Shown: one piece after another, positions 18,458 to 28,954 of the stretch
Position numbering within the stretch: position 1 is the stretch's first letter
How the letters are laid out: the number at the start of each line of letters is the position of its first letter
Source of the DNA: an uncultured Gemmataceae bacterium
GTDB taxonomy: Bacteria > Planctomycetota > Planctomycetia > Gemmatales > Gemmataceae
Assembly: GCA_963750165.1 (NCBI GenBank)
Contig: CAVVPN010000001.1
Coordinates: 96,001-160,000, forward strand
Direction of reading: 5' to 3'
DNA length: 64,000 bases
Notes under the pieces: generated by a model
What the model was told of the DNA's origin: nothing
Databases searched by the model: none
Seen by the model: the letters and a program-made list of their open reading frames with translations, nothing else
Translations under genes and position numbers: made by a program

Positions 18458-19113
18458 GTCGGCACCCGCCGCTGCAGCAGGTACGTCAGGCACAGCACGC
18501 CGTAGGCGAAGCCGACCAGCACCAGGGAGGTGCGACCGGCGGCGGCGTGGTCCTGCGCCTGCACGTCGTCGAAGATGCTGACTGAGAGCGTGCGCGTCAC
18601 GCCGTCGATCTTGCCGCCGAGCATGAGCACAACGCCGAACTCACCGACGGTGTGGGCGAAGGTGAGCACCACGCCGCCGAGCACGCCCGGCCAGGCCAGG
18701 GGCACGACGACGCGGCGGAACGTCGCCAGGCGCGAGACGCCCAGGCACCAGGAGGCCTCGACCAGTCGGCGGTCCACGGCGGCGAAGGCGGCGGCGAACG
18801 GCCGTACCGCGAACGGCACGTTGAACAGCACGGAGCCGACCAGGATGCCGGCGAAGGTGAACGGCAGTCGCGAGCCGGTCACGGCCTCGAACGCCGGCCC
18901 CAGTGGACCGTTCGGCCCCAGCACCAGCAGCAGGTAAAAGCCGAGCACCGTCGGCGGCAGCACCAGTGGCAGCGCCACGACGGCTTCCACCAGGAACTTG
19001 CCGCGCCAGCGCGTGACCGCCAGCCAGTACGCCAGCGGCAGGCCGAGCACCAGCAGCACAGCCGTCGTGGCCATGGCCAACCGCAGCGTCACCGCGACCG
19101 CCGCCCAGTCCAT
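18454..19113 (-). CDS. modB: Molybdate ABC transporter permease
   Basis: 'LPLVLPPTVLGFYLL', 'FAHTVGEFGVVLMLGG'. Confidence 0.94.
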   Translation of the reverse strand: MDWAAVAVTLRLAMATTAVLLVLGLPLAYWLAVTRWRGKFLVEAVVALPLVLPPTVLGFYLLLVLGPNGPLGPAFEAVTGSRLPFTFAGILVGSVLFNVPFAVRPFAAAFAAVDRRLVEASWCLGVSRLATFRRVVVPLAWPGVLGGVVLTFAHTVGEFGVVLMLGGKIDGVTRTLSVSIFDDVQAQDHAAAGRTSLVLVGFAYGVLCLTYLLQRRVPT

Positions 19114-19116
19114 GCG

Positions 19117-19917
19117 TCAGTCCCCCGGCACGGTGAAGCCGAAGCGCTTGAGGGCCGCCCGGCCCCGTTCGCCGCGCACGAAGTCGCATAGCGTCTGGGC
19201 GGCGGCACGGTCCTGCGCCGCGGACAGGATGACCGCGGCCTGCTCCAGCGGCGGATGGGCGTCGTCGGGCACGCGCCAGAAGCGGCCCTTGTCCTTCATC
19301 GGCGGCGCCAGGACCAGCGACAGGCTGAGCACGCCCGCGTCAGCGGCGCCGCTCTCGACCATCTGCGCCGCCTGCGCGATGTTGTCGCCGAGCACGAGAC
19401 GGTCGCGGACCTGATCGTAAACGCCGAGCTTTTTCAGGGCGGCGTCGGCGGCGCGGCCGTAGGGGGCGAAGCGCGGGTCGGCGATGGCGAGTTTCTTCAC
19501 GGCGGCGTCGGTCAGCGCCACGGCTCCGCGCTCCACGTCCAGCGGTGACGACTTCGGCACCCAGACGGCCAGGTGGCCGACGGCGTAGACGAACTCGGAG
19601 TCGCGCACGGCCAGGCCCTGCTCGACAAGCTTGCGCGGATAGTCGCGGTCGGCGGAGAAGAACACGTCAAACGGGGCGCCGTTCGACAGCTGGGCGAAGA
19701 AGTTGCCGGACGAGCCGGAGGTGACTTTGAGGTCGATGTCGGGGTGCTGTTTGTGGAAGTCGGCGGCGAGGTCGGCGAAGGCGAACTGCAGGTCCGCGGC
19801 GGCGGCGACCTTGACCACACGTTTGCTGGAATCCGGCGCTGGGCCGCCGCAGCCAAGCGCCAGGATCGTCAGGGCGGCGACCGTCAGCCAACCGCGATTC
19901 CGCCCAGTGTGTTGCAT
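19117..19917 (-). CDS. modA: Molybdate ABC transporter substrate-binding lipoprotein
   Basis: Lipobox LALGC; VAAAADL, GSSGNFFAQLSNGAPFDVFFSAD, APYGRAA. Start uncertain. Confidence 0.92.
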   Translation of the reverse strand: MQHTGRNRGWLTVAALTILALGCGGPAPDSSKRVVKVAAAADLQFAFADLAADFHKQHPDIDLKVTSGSSGNFFAQLSNGAPFDVFFSADRDYPRKLVEQGLAVRDSEFVYAVGHLAVWVPKSSPLDVERGAVALTDAAVKKLAIADPRFAPYGRAADAALKKLGVYDQVRDRLVLGDNIAQAAQMVESGAADAGVLSLSLVLAPPMKDKGRFWRVPDDAHPPLEQAAVILSAAQDRAAAQTLCDFVRGERGRAALKRFGFTVPGD

Positions 19918-19960
19918 GACCGCCCGCCTCGCCGAGGGGAGTGGAAACGACACGGTCTTC

Positions 19961-20003
19961 ATGTATGGTTTCGCGCGGGTAGCGTCCGCGCGAAACCATA
20001 CAT
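19961..20003. repeat. Hairpin repeat (GTTTCGCGCGG family)
   Basis: ATGTATGGTTTCGCGCGG-N7-CCGCGCGAAACCATACAT; same core as 24804-24853. Confidence 0.8.
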
Positions 20004-20298
20004 CCGGAGCGACCTGAGTAGTGGTGTCCCAGCGCATCGCCTGTGAGGGGAAGCATCTGCGCCAGGCAGAGCACAAAAAAGCTAGCGGAATCAGGACAAA
20101 TACCTGTCAATGGCGGTTTACAAAGCCTGCCCCACGAAAGAGGGCCCCGACCGCAGCAGGAAACCGCGAACGGCCCTGGCGCCGCGGCCATTTGCTCTGG
20201 CTACCCCGCGGCGGTTCGTGGTATAGCCCGCCGGCAATCCGGGGGCCGGCCCGTTCGGCCGCGCCGCCCGGCTTCGACCCCAAGGGCAGGAGGCAGAC

Positions 20299-20646
20299 AT
20301 GCGCAACCTGTTAGCATTGCTGGGCGCGGTGGTGGTGGCGTTCGCGATCGCCGGCTACTTCCTCGACTGGTACAACATCCGCACGACCATCGACGGAGAA
20401 GGCCACCGTCATCAGGTCATTGACATCGACCCTCCCAAGGTCGCCCACGACCTGCCGGTCCTCGCCAAGGAAGGCAAGGAGGTCGTTAACCATCTGGTGG
20501 AGAAGAACGGCCAGCCCGGTCAGGCTCCGGCCCCAACGCCGCAGACCAGCCCGACGCCGTCGGCGCCGAACGCGGTCGTCGTCAAGCCCTCGGACCTCCT
20601 GAAGCAATCGGACCTGACGACGACCGTGAACGGGAACCTGCCCTGA
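20299..20646 (+). CDS. Small membrane-anchored hypothetical protein
   Basis: AGGAGG RBS; N-terminal TM segment; Pro-rich tail. Confidence 0.8.
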   Translation: MRNLLALLGAVVVAFAIAGYFLDWYNIRTTIDGEGHRHQVIDIDPPKVAHDLPVLAKEGKEVVNHLVEKNGQPGQAPAPTPQTSPTPSAPNAVVVKPSDLLKQSDLTTTVNGNLP

Positions 20647-20676
20647 AGCGGGCCTTCCTCCGGGCCGGGAAATAAA

Positions 20677-20706
20677 TTGACCGCGGCGGCGCGGCGTCCG
20701 TATCAT
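20677..20706 (+). promoter_or_regulatory. Putative sigma70-type promoter
   Basis: TTGACC-N18-TATCAT preceded by an A-rich tract, 44 nt before ATG 20751. Confidence 0.55.
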
Positions 20707-20750
20707 GCGCTGTGTAAGTGCCGCCGACGGTCCCCCTGGAGGTTCTAACG

Positions 20751-21889
20751 ATGCATCGCACCGGGTTCGCGCTGGCAATCGTGATGACGTTTTTGATCCT
20801 GGCGCCGGCCGTGCGCGGCCAGGGTGAGGCCGAGAAGGAAGCCCTGTTGTGGCGCGGCGCATGCTCAACCACAAGAATTACAAGGTGCGCATCGTCTCCC
20901 TGAGCAAGCTGGAGCCGTTCGCGCGGCTGCCCGGAGTGCTGGAGGATGTCGTCAAGATTCTGAAGCGGCACAAGGACGAGCAGTTGAAGGACAGCGAGCT
21001 GGCGGAGGTGCGCACCGCGGCGGCCCTGTGGATCGGCGCCGCCATCAAGGAGGGCGACGAGGCCAAACGCGGCATCCCGGCGCTGAAGTTCGCGTTGAGC
21101 AAGGATCCCAGTGCGGACGTGCAGGCGGCCGCCGCCCGGGCGCTGGGCGCCTTCGGGCCGGACGCGGAGACGGCAGTGGACGAGTTGAAGGCGGCCCTGC
21201 TGAGCAAGCACCAGGGCCTGCGCACCGCCGCGGCCGAGACGCTCAAGGAACTCAAGGACCGGGCCGAGTCCGCGCTGCCGGAAGTCCTGGCCGCGCTGCA
21301 GAAGTACAAGGGCAAGAACGCCGAGCCACTGGACCGTATTTACATGGTGCAGATCGCGGCACGCATCCCCGACAAGGCAATCGCCACAGTGCCGGTGCTG
21401 TCCGAGATCGTCGCCGACACCAACGACGAGCCGAAGGTGCGCAAGGCCGCGGCGGAGGGGTTGGGCCGCCTGGGCGCCGCCGCCGGCAGCGCCAGCGCCA
21501 ACCTGGAGAAAGTGTTCCGCGACAAAAAGGCGAGCGTGCCGCTGCGGCGGGCGGCGCTGCAGGCGTTCCACGCCGTCGGGGCTGGCACCAAAACGGCGTG
21601 GCCGGTGCTGAAGGAAATGCTGCAGGAGCCTGATGCGTCACTGCGCCTGAACGCGGTGCGGGTAGCTGGTCCCCTCGGCAAGGACGTGCCGGCGGTGGTT
21701 GCGGAGTTGACGACCCTGTGCGTCAAGGACGCAGACGTGGAAGTGCGCGTGGCGGCGGTGCAGGAACTGGGTCGGTTGGGGTCGGTCGCCAGCGAGGCGG
21801 TGCCGGTGCTCAAGCGCCTCAGCAGCGAGGGCCGGCCGGCCGTGCGCGAGGCGGCGAAGGAGGCGCTGAAGCAAATTCAGGCGCCGTAG
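20751..21889 (+). CDS. Exported HEAT-repeat protein (frameshift near 20848)
   Basis: GGAGG RBS; signal peptide MHRTGFALAIVMTFLILAPAVRG in one frame; HEAT repeats 'VQAAAARALG', 'VRKAAAEGLGRLG' in the next. Confidence 0.85.
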
Positions 21890-21945
21890 TTTCGCGAGGC
21901 GGCGCCTGCACGGTTGACCGCCGCGCCGGGCAGCGCAAAATATTG

Positions 21946-21984
21946 CTTCGCGGAAGCGTTTGGGCGAGAAACGCCTCCGCGAAG
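21946..21984. repeat. Hairpin between convergent genes (REP-like, possible terminator)
   Basis: CTTCGCGGAAGCGTTT-N7-AAACGCCTCCGCGAAG. Confidence 0.65.
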
Positions 21985-22026
21985 TCTCGATTTGCTTGCA
22001 GGGCGGACTGGGCCGCCCGAAGGGTG

Positions 22027-24542
22027 TTAGCGGGTTCTGGCCTTGTCCAGCGCCTTCTTGATGGCGGCCGGCCGCAGCGCGTTGTAGCCGAGCATCTTCG
22101 TATTGCTGTAATAGGTCAAGGCGGTGGTCAGCGCCGGCATGCTTTCCTGGGTGCCGATCACTTCCAGCACCCGGGAAATTTCATAGACGGCCAGTTTGTT
22201 CGCCGGGTTGACCAGCGCCAGACACATCATGTGTTCGGCCTTCTTACCGCCCATTTTGATGAGCGCGTCCCCGCCCTGCTTGCGCTCCTTCGCGTTCCGG
22301 GTGCCCACCATCCAGGTGGCGATCACCTCCACCGCCTTGTCATCCCTGGAATCCACCAACGCCGCCAGCGCCGCGGTCTTCGTGACCGCGTCCGAGGTTG
22401 GCGTGAGCAGCTCCCGGATGGACTTGTCCAGGTTGGCGGTCACTGGCTTTGTGTTCATGTCGTTGGGGTTGGTCTTGATGGGGTCGTTGGCCGGCGGGTT
22501 GTTCTTGACCATGGCCGCGGGCCCCCACCGGTTCAGCACCGTCTGCGCGTTGCCCTTGGATTGAAAGTCCGCCATCATGTTCTGGGCGGCGAAGACCACT
22601 TCCCTGGCCGATTCGGGCACCACCGGGGCGTTGCGGAGATAGCCCAGCGCCTCGCGGCGACGCTGGATGTCGGGGGAGTTCAGGTCGAGCACGCACTGCT
22701 TGACGACGTCCTCATGCTTGATGTTCCAGGCCCGGATGATGTCCCGGGCACTGTTGCGCGTCCAGATGCTGTTGTGATTGAACAGCAGCAGCACGAGCTT
22801 GTCCGCCCCGTTCTTGGGGCCCATCGCCTTGAGCCCCGCCACGGCCCGGTCGCGGGTGCCGAAGTCCTGGCTTTGCAGATCGGCGATGTGCGTCTGGAGC
22901 AGGGCGCCGACGTTGTTCTTGTTGGCCCAGCGGCTCATCACGGCCACCGCCTTGATGCGGGTCTGCCCATCCGAGTTCGTTCGCAGCGGCTGCACGGCCT
23001 CGGACACAGTGCCGGTCAGCTCGGGCACCACCTGCGCCACCTCCAGGTAATTCAGCGCCTCCCGGCGCCGCTGCACCTCGGTCGCGGTCAGATCCTCCAC
23101 GCACTGCTTGATGATGTCCTCGGCCGGCAACTTCCACACCTGCTGGACGAGCATGCGGGCCTGCGCCTGGACCGAACCGTCGCCGAAGTGGTCCTGGTTG
23201 TTGAACTGGGCCAGCACGGCCTTGCCCGCCACCTTGGGGCCCATCGCCCGCAGGATGGCCACACAATTCTCGCGCTCCTGGAAATGGCAGCGGTTCAGGT
23301 ATTTGGCCAGCGCGTTGGCGCTGCGCTCGTCCTTGTACTTGCTGAGGATGCGCACCGCCTCCTGGTAATTGCCACGGTTCTGGCTGAGCACATTGGCCAC
23401 GGCCGGCACGCAGTCGATGGTGCCCCAGCGCCCCAGGGCCGCCAGCGCCTGCTGCCGGGTACTGGCGTCCGTGTCGTCCACCAGCGGGACGAGCGCCTTG
23501 ACGACCTCGGCCTGGCGCTTTTCGATGACCGGTGTGCTGGCCAGGTAGCGGCCCACCTCGGCGCGGACGGCGCCCAGGGGGTTGGCCAACTCCGCCAGGC
23601 CGGTGGTCAGCAGCTCGTCTTCGGTCATGCCGTACGACTTGAGCAGCTTACGGGCCTCCGCCCGCACATCCACCCAGATGGTGCTCTTGAAGGCCAGCGG
23701 CGCGACCGCCTTCCTGGCCGCCGGGCCCATGGCCAGCAGGCCGGCGGCAGCGCCCTGCCGGAAGGTTGGGATGCCGTTTTTCTCCAGCTGGTCCACGAGC
23801 AGCGGAATGCTTTCCTCGTCCTTGAGCACGCCCAGCATTTTCAGGCAGAACGAACCGCGCGGGAACAACCGGGCGTTCGCCCGGAACGTGAACAACTGTT
23901 CCTTGGTGGCCCAGATCTCCAGGGCTGGGGCGACCTCCTCGTGCAGGGCCTTGCCGTTCGCGAAGTTATGCACGCCGTCGATCCGGTACAGGCGCTCGAG
24001 TTCACTGGCCACGTCCTTGCGCTTGGCGTGGTCGGCCTTGTCCTTGCGAGAGGCGAAATAGTTCACCGCGGGGCGATAAAAGCCCGGATCGCTGGATTTC
24101 AGGTCGGTGAGTTGACGCTCGAACTCGATCTCCTCCTCGGTGAGTTGCTTCTGCTCGCCCCCGGGACGGATCACCAGCAAGATGACCGCGACGGCGGCGC
24201 CGCCCAGCAACAGCAGACCGCCGCCGACCAGGCACAAAATCAGCACCAGCGGGCTTTTCTTTTCGCCGCCGCTGCCGCCGTTGGCGCGGGAGCGCGGGCC
24301 GGACGATACGAGCCGCTGTCGCCGGTCGGGCGCGGCCGGGCGGCGCCGGCCAGCACGCCGCTGCGCCGGGGTGGCGGTGCCTCGTCCGCGGGTTCGGCCT
24401 CGACCATTTGCGCTTCCACCGCCGGGGCGGGGGTGACGGTGAAGGCTTTTTGACAGCCCTTGCAGCGCACCTGTTTGCCGAGCATGTTGTCCGCCAGGCG
24501 GTAGGGCGCTGAGCAGTACGAGCAGATGGCGTCGATCGGCAT
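22027..24542 (-). CDS. Zinc-ribbon / TM / HEAT-repeat protein (frameshift in the linker, ~24250-24400)
   Basis: N-terminal MPIDAICSYCSAPYRLADNMLGKQVRCKGCQKAF (MJ0042-like zinc finger) in one frame; TM helix and HEAT repeats in the long ORF. Confidence 0.82.
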
Positions 24543-24803
24543 GGGAATCTCTTCCTTTTTCGGGAACCAGGGCGTACACCCTTCCCTGACGAATTAGACA
24601 CTGTGCGTAAACGGATGGACCGCGAGTTTAGTCAATTTAACAACACCCCGGTGGCGGATGCAACCGTAGTCGGCCGAAAGTGGGGAATGCCCAGGGGTGT
24701 ACCCCGGGTGAGGGCGAAGGTTGCGGCGGCTTTGCAGGTGTCGCGGTTCTTTCCTGTTCTTCGCCGCCGACCGGCAGTTATTTAGCACTGTCGGATAACA
24801 CTG

Positions 24804-24853
24804 GCCCCGTTTACGTTTCGCGCGGCTTGGCCCGCGCGAAACGTAAACGGGGC
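24804..24853. repeat. Hairpin repeat, possible terminator
   Basis: GCCCCGTTTACGTTTCGCGCGG-N6-CCGCGCGAAACGTAAACGGGGC; perfect 22-bp arms. Confidence 0.85.
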
Positions 24854-24868
24854 AGTATTTTCCGGCGA

Positions 24869-25120
24869 TCAGTCCTCGTCGCCGGCCTCCTCCTCGAAGA
24901 TTTCGATGGCTGGATGCTCCTCGTCCTCCTCGGCCGCGAAGACGCCCAGGCCGCCACCGACGGCGTTCAAATAGCCGAGCAGTTCCTCCAGTGTGTTCAG
25001 GTCGAGGAACCACACGTACTCGCCCGGCCAGGCGGCCGACTCCGGGCCGCGCACTGCCCCCTTGCAGGGCGGCTCCTTCGACACGGACCCCTGCGAGGAT
25101 CGGTACACCAGGAAGCGCAT
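24869..25120 (-). CDS. Small acidic hypothetical protein
   Basis: 83 aa; AAAGGGGG RBS; 22 nt downstream of the carboxypeptidase. Confidence 0.75.
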   Translation of the reverse strand: MRFLVYRSSQGSVSKEPPCKGAVRGPESAAWPGEYVWFLDLNTLEELLGYLNAVGGGLGVFAAEEDEEHPAIEIFEEEAGDED

Positions 25121-25142
25121 GGACTTCCCCCTTTCGTGCGGG

Positions 25143-26654
25143 TCAGAGTTGATACAGTTCGCCGTACTTGCGCCGCAGTGCCGCCACCAGCGGCCGGTGG
25201 TCGGGCGCGGCGTCCGTGGCCAGCGCGATCAGCCGCGGCGGGGCGTAACGGCCGCCCCGGTGGTGAACCTGGCGGCGCAGCCAGTCGAGCAGACCGCGGA
25301 AGTCGCCGCGCGCGAACGCCGGGCTCGGGTCGCCCAGATCGGCCCAGGCCCGGTCGAACAACTGGGCGGCGTAGACGTTGCCGAGCGTGTAGGTCGGGAA
25401 GTAGCCGACCATGCCCGCGGCCCAGTGGCCGTCCTGCAGACAGCCCTCCGCAGCGGTGGCCGGCGTGACGCCGAGGTGGTGGCGGTACGCGGCGTCCCAC
25501 GCGGCGGGCACGTCCTCCGGCGCCAGATCGCCGGCCAGCAATGCCCGCTCCAGCTCGAAGCGAATCAGGATGTGCAGGTTGTACGTCACCTCGTCGGCGG
25601 TCACGCGGATGAGGGTCGCCTCCACCTGGTTGACCGCGAAAAAAAAGTCCGTACCGCGGACGTCGGCGAGCGCCGCGGGGAACAGGCCGCGGACGATGGG
25701 GAAGAAGTAATCCCAGAAGGGCCGGCCGCGGCCGACGAGGTTTTCCCAGAGCCGGGCCTGCGACTCGTGGACCGCGAGCGACGCCGCCTCGCCGAGCGGT
25801 GTGCCGTGGTGGGCCGGGTCCAGCCCCTGTTCGTACAGCCCGTGGCCGGCCTCGTGCAGCGCGGCGAAGAAACTGTCGCTCAGGCGGCGCGGGTGGTAAC
25901 GCACCGTCAGGCGACAGTCGCCGGGACCGATGGCGGCCGAGAACGGGTGCGTCGCGGTGTCAAGCCGGCCCGCCTGGAAGTCGAAGCCGATGGCCGCCGC
26001 CGCCAGTTCCGCGAGGACGCGCTGCCGGTCGAGCGGATAGTCGCGGTGCAGGACGCTCACGTCGGGCCGGTGCGCCGCGTGCGTCAGCGCGGTGGCCAGC
26101 GGCACCAGTTCGTCGCGCAGCGCGGCGAACAGGTCCGCCAGCGCGGCGGTGCGGGCGCCGGGTTCGTAGTCTTCCAGCAGCGCGTCGTAGGGGTGGTCGT
26201 CGTAGCCGAGGCAGTCGGCCTCGCGGCGCTTCAGGGCGATGATCTTGAGTAGCCAGGGCCGAAAGCGGGCGAAGTCCGCGGCTCGCCGGGCATCGGCCCA
26301 TTCCGGTTGCGCGAAGGAGACGACGCGCGTCTCTTCCTCGATCAGCGCCCGCGGCAGCCGGATGGAGCGGTCGAAGACGCGGCGGAATTCGCGGACGTTG
26401 ACCGCCGCGTCGGAATCGGGGTCCGCGACCAGGGGCGAGCCCTCCACCGCGGCGAGCAATTCGCCGACGCGCGGATCGGTGGCGCGGTCGTGCAGCAGAC
26501 ACGCCAGCAGGGCCTGCTGGTTGGCGCGATGACTGACACCGCCGCGCGGCAGGTACGTCTCCTCATCCCAGCCCAGCAGCTCGGCGCACGAGGCCAGCAG
26601 CGTTTCCTCGCGGGAGCGGCGCAGCAGTTCGTCGTAGGCGGCCTGGGCTCGCAT
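25143..26654 (-). CDS. Carboxypeptidase M32 (Taq type)
   Basis: LGWDEETY, YDALLEDYEPG, HPF, HEAGH, HESQ, IRVTADE, GCLQDGHW, GYFPTY. Confidence 0.95.
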   Translation of the reverse strand: MRAQAAYDELLRRSREETLLASCAELLGWDEETYLPRGGVSHRANQQALLACLLHDRATDPRVGELLAAVEGSPLVADPDSDAAVNVREFRRVFDRSIRLPRALIEEETRVVSFAQPEWADARRAADFARFRPWLLKIIALKRREADCLGYDDHPYDALLEDYEPGARTAALADLFAALRDELVPLATALTHAAHRPDVSVLHRDYPLDRQRVLAELAAAAIGFDFQAGRLDTATHPFSAAIGPGDCRLTVRYHPRRLSDSFFAALHEAGHGLYEQGLDPAHHGTPLGEAASLAVHESQARLWENLVGRGRPFWDYFFPIVRGLFPAALADVRGTDFFFAVNQVEATLIRVTADEVTYNLHILIRFELERALLAGDLAPEDVPAAWDAAYRHHLGVTPATAAEGCLQDGHWAAGMVGYFPTYTLGNVYAAQLFDRAWADLGDPSPAFARGDFRGLLDWLRRQVHHRGGRYAPPRLIALATDAAPDHRPLVAALRRKYGELYQL

Positions 26655-26732
26655 TGGACCTGGCGTCTCCGGGGGCTGCGGGAAAGGATGGCGTGTGGCC
26701 ATCCGTGGGGGTATTGTAACAAACGCGACGTT

Positions 26733-26808
26733 TTCTTCCGTGAGGCAGACATTCCTGTCTGCCGACCTTTGAAGATGGCAGACAGGAATGTCTGCCCCAC
26801 GGAAGAAG
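26733..26808. repeat. REP doublet (GTGG type)
   Basis: TTCTTCCGTGAGGCAGACATTCCTGTCTGCC ... GGCAGACAGGAATGTCTGCCCCACGGAAGAA. Confidence 0.88.
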
Positions 26809-26832
26809 GATCCCCGGGGAGCACCTGTCTTC

Positions 26833-28305
26833 ATGTTGACCCCCGCCGAAGAAGTCGGTCTGGGCGGCCTGGCCCTGGCCAGCCGCGTCCGTCGGGCGTT
26901 CTACAAGATCCCCGAGGCCGACCTCGTGACGCTGATGCGCCGTATCCGCGACGAGTCGTTCGCGCGCCACCTCGTCTACCTGCGCGACGGCCAGCCGGAC
27001 GCGGTCCACGTCATGCCCTGCCCGCTCACCGTCCTGCCGGATCAGCTGGCGTACATCCATGTCGTGACGCTGACACTGCAGAACGCCCTGAAGCGGCTGC
27101 CGGAGCTGTACCTGCAAGACCCCGAAGTGCGCGCGGTGCTGCGGCTGACGGCGGGCGAGGAAGAGTGGCTGACGGACTGCTGGGGGCCGGGCCATCGTGA
27201 CAGCAACCCGATCTTCGGCCGCTATGATGCCGTGGTCGATTTCCTGAGCCCAATGTGGAAGGATTCGCTGCGCTTCCTGGAGCCGAACCTGAGCGGCATC
27301 GGCGGCCTGCACCTGATGCCGACCGCCGAGCGCATCCTGGCCGACCTGGTGCTGCCGGTGCTGCACGGTCACGACCCGCAGCTGCACCTGGAGGTCGGCC
27401 GGGACATCCGCGGCTTGCTCATCCAGGAAGTCCTCGACCATCTGGACGCGCTCGGCCGCAAGGCGCGAAACGTTTGCTTCGTCGAGCCGAAGTACGCCGG
27501 CAGCGGTCCCGATGAGCAGGCGGCCCTGGCGACGTATTTCCACGAGCGCTTCGGCCTGAAAATCCTGCATGCGGACCCCGCCGAGCTGACGCTGCGCAAC
27601 GGCGAGGTGTTCTACGGCGACAACCCGGTGGACCTGGCCTACCGCGATTACGCCGTCAGCGACCTGATCGACCTGGGCCTGGAGGGCAAGAACGTCGAGC
27701 CAATGCGGGCGCTGTTTCGCCAGAACCGCGTGGTGTCTTCCATCGGGGCGGAGATCGACCAGAAGAGTTGCTTCGAGGTGCTGACCGATCCGCGCTTCAC
27801 GCAGCAGTATTTCAGCGCCGACGAGCGCCAGTTGTTCCGCCGGCATGTGTTGTGGACGCGGCTGCTGGCGGATCGGCAGACGCTGCTGCCGGTGGGCGGT
27901 TCGGGTTCGCTGCTGGAGTACGCGCGGCACGGACGGGAGGAACTGGTGTTGAAGCCAAACCGGGCGTTCGGCGGCGAGGGCGTCGTGGTCGGGCCGGGCG
28001 TGACGCAGACGGAGTGGGAGGCGGCCCTGGAAAAAGCGCTGGCCGATCGGGAACGGTGGGTGGTACAGCAGGTGGCGAGCCTGCCCGTGAGCGAGTTCCC
28101 GGTGCTCGGGCCGGACGGGGCGGTGCATGGCGAACCGTTCTACACGGTGATGGGCTTCGCCGCGACGCGGGACGGGCTGGCGATCCTGGGAAGGGCGTCG
28201 CAGAAGCAGGTGGTGAACGTGGCGCAGCGCGGCGGCGTGTGCGCGGTGATGCCGGGGCGACCGCCGCCGCGGTTGACCGGGCCGACGGAGTTTCCGCGAC
28301 CATGA
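26833..28305 (+). CDS. Circularly permuted ATP-grasp peptide-ligase-like protein
   Basis: 'GRYDAVVDF...RFLEPNLSGIGG' precedes 'LVLKPNRAFGGEGVVVG...WVVQQ...LGRAS...VNVAQRGG', the permuted motif order. Confidence 0.8.
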   Translation: MLTPAEEVGLGGLALASRVRRAFYKIPEADLVTLMRRIRDESFARHLVYLRDGQPDAVHVMPCPLTVLPDQLAYIHVVTLTLQNALKRLPELYLQDPEVRAVLRLTAGEEEWLTDCWGPGHRDSNPIFGRYDAVVDFLSPMWKDSLRFLEPNLSGIGGLHLMPTAERILADLVLPVLHGHDPQLHLEVGRDIRGLLIQEVLDHLDALGRKARNVCFVEPKYAGSGPDEQAALATYFHERFGLKILHADPAELTLRNGEVFYGDNPVDLAYRDYAVSDLIDLGLEGKNVEPMRALFRQNRVVSSIGAEIDQKSCFEVLTDPRFTQQYFSADERQLFRRHVLWTRLLADRQTLLPVGGSGSLLEYARHGREELVLKPNRAFGGEGVVVGPGVTQTEWEAALEKALADRERWVVQQVASLPVSEFPVLGPDGAVHGEPFYTVMGFAATRDGLAILGRASQKQVVNVAQRGGVCAVMPGRPPPRLTGPTEFPRP

Positions 28306-28335
28306 AACCGGGCCGGAGTGGCAACGAGCGGCGGC

Positions 28336-28809
28336 TCAGCGCGCCCAGTTATCGAATGCGCCCCCCGGGATGACCCCGGTGAGGCGTTGAAACACGAGCA
28401 GAGCCTGTTGATCGGTCATGCCGGCGATGGCGTCCGCCGCCAGGCGGGCGACCACGGAACCGGGCAGGTCGGTCTTCCCGAGTTGTTGCGAAGTCCAGCG
28501 GCGCGCAATGCGTTCCAGGGGGATCAAACCGGCCCGGAAGAAGTCCTCACTGTCGCTCACGGAGGAGGCGATGTCGTCGGCCCAGTCCATCACCTGGGCC
28601 TCCAGGCTCTGCCAGCGCTCCCGCGCCGGCGGCTGCCGTTCCCGTGCGAACGTCAGATATTCTTTCTCGGACGTGTAAGCGCCCCATTTGCGCTCGGCCT
28701 GGCGCGGGGGCGTTTTCTTGCCGCCCGCTGAGGCGGCGTCTTTCTCTTTCACCTTCCGAGGTGCATGAGATGGGCGACTGCCCTGACCGCGTTTATTCAT
28801 TTTTATCAC
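28336..28809 (-). CDS. Hypothetical protein
   Basis: 157 aa filling the gap between two + strand genes; basic N-terminus, helical C-terminus. Confidence 0.55.
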   Translation of the reverse strand: MIKMNKRGQGSRPSHAPRKVKEKDAASAGGKKTPPRQAERKWGAYTSEKEYLTFARERQPPARERWQSLEAQVMDWADDIASSVSDSEDFFRAGLIPLERIARRWTSQQLGKTDLPGSVVARLAADAIAGMTDQQALLVFQRLTGVIPGGAFDNWAR

Positions 28810-28954
28810 GGAGCGCCGGAAAGGCCAGAGGGATACCTGGACGCGCGGCCCAGGGACGGACGTCGCCGCCTTCTACACGGCGGACGCCGCCGGTCCTATG
28901 ACAGCAGCACCCGGTTGTGCGCAGTCGCCCGCCCCTCCCAGGAAAGGAGCGTCC

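Noticed and set aside
19925..20110. Possible molybdenum-cofactor riboswitch upstream of modA
   Set aside because: The only strong hairpin (19961-20003) shares its core with the repeat at 24804, and I could not see the Moco motif architecture. A nearby TTGACA has a 20-nt spacer to the best -10. An Rfam scan would settle it.
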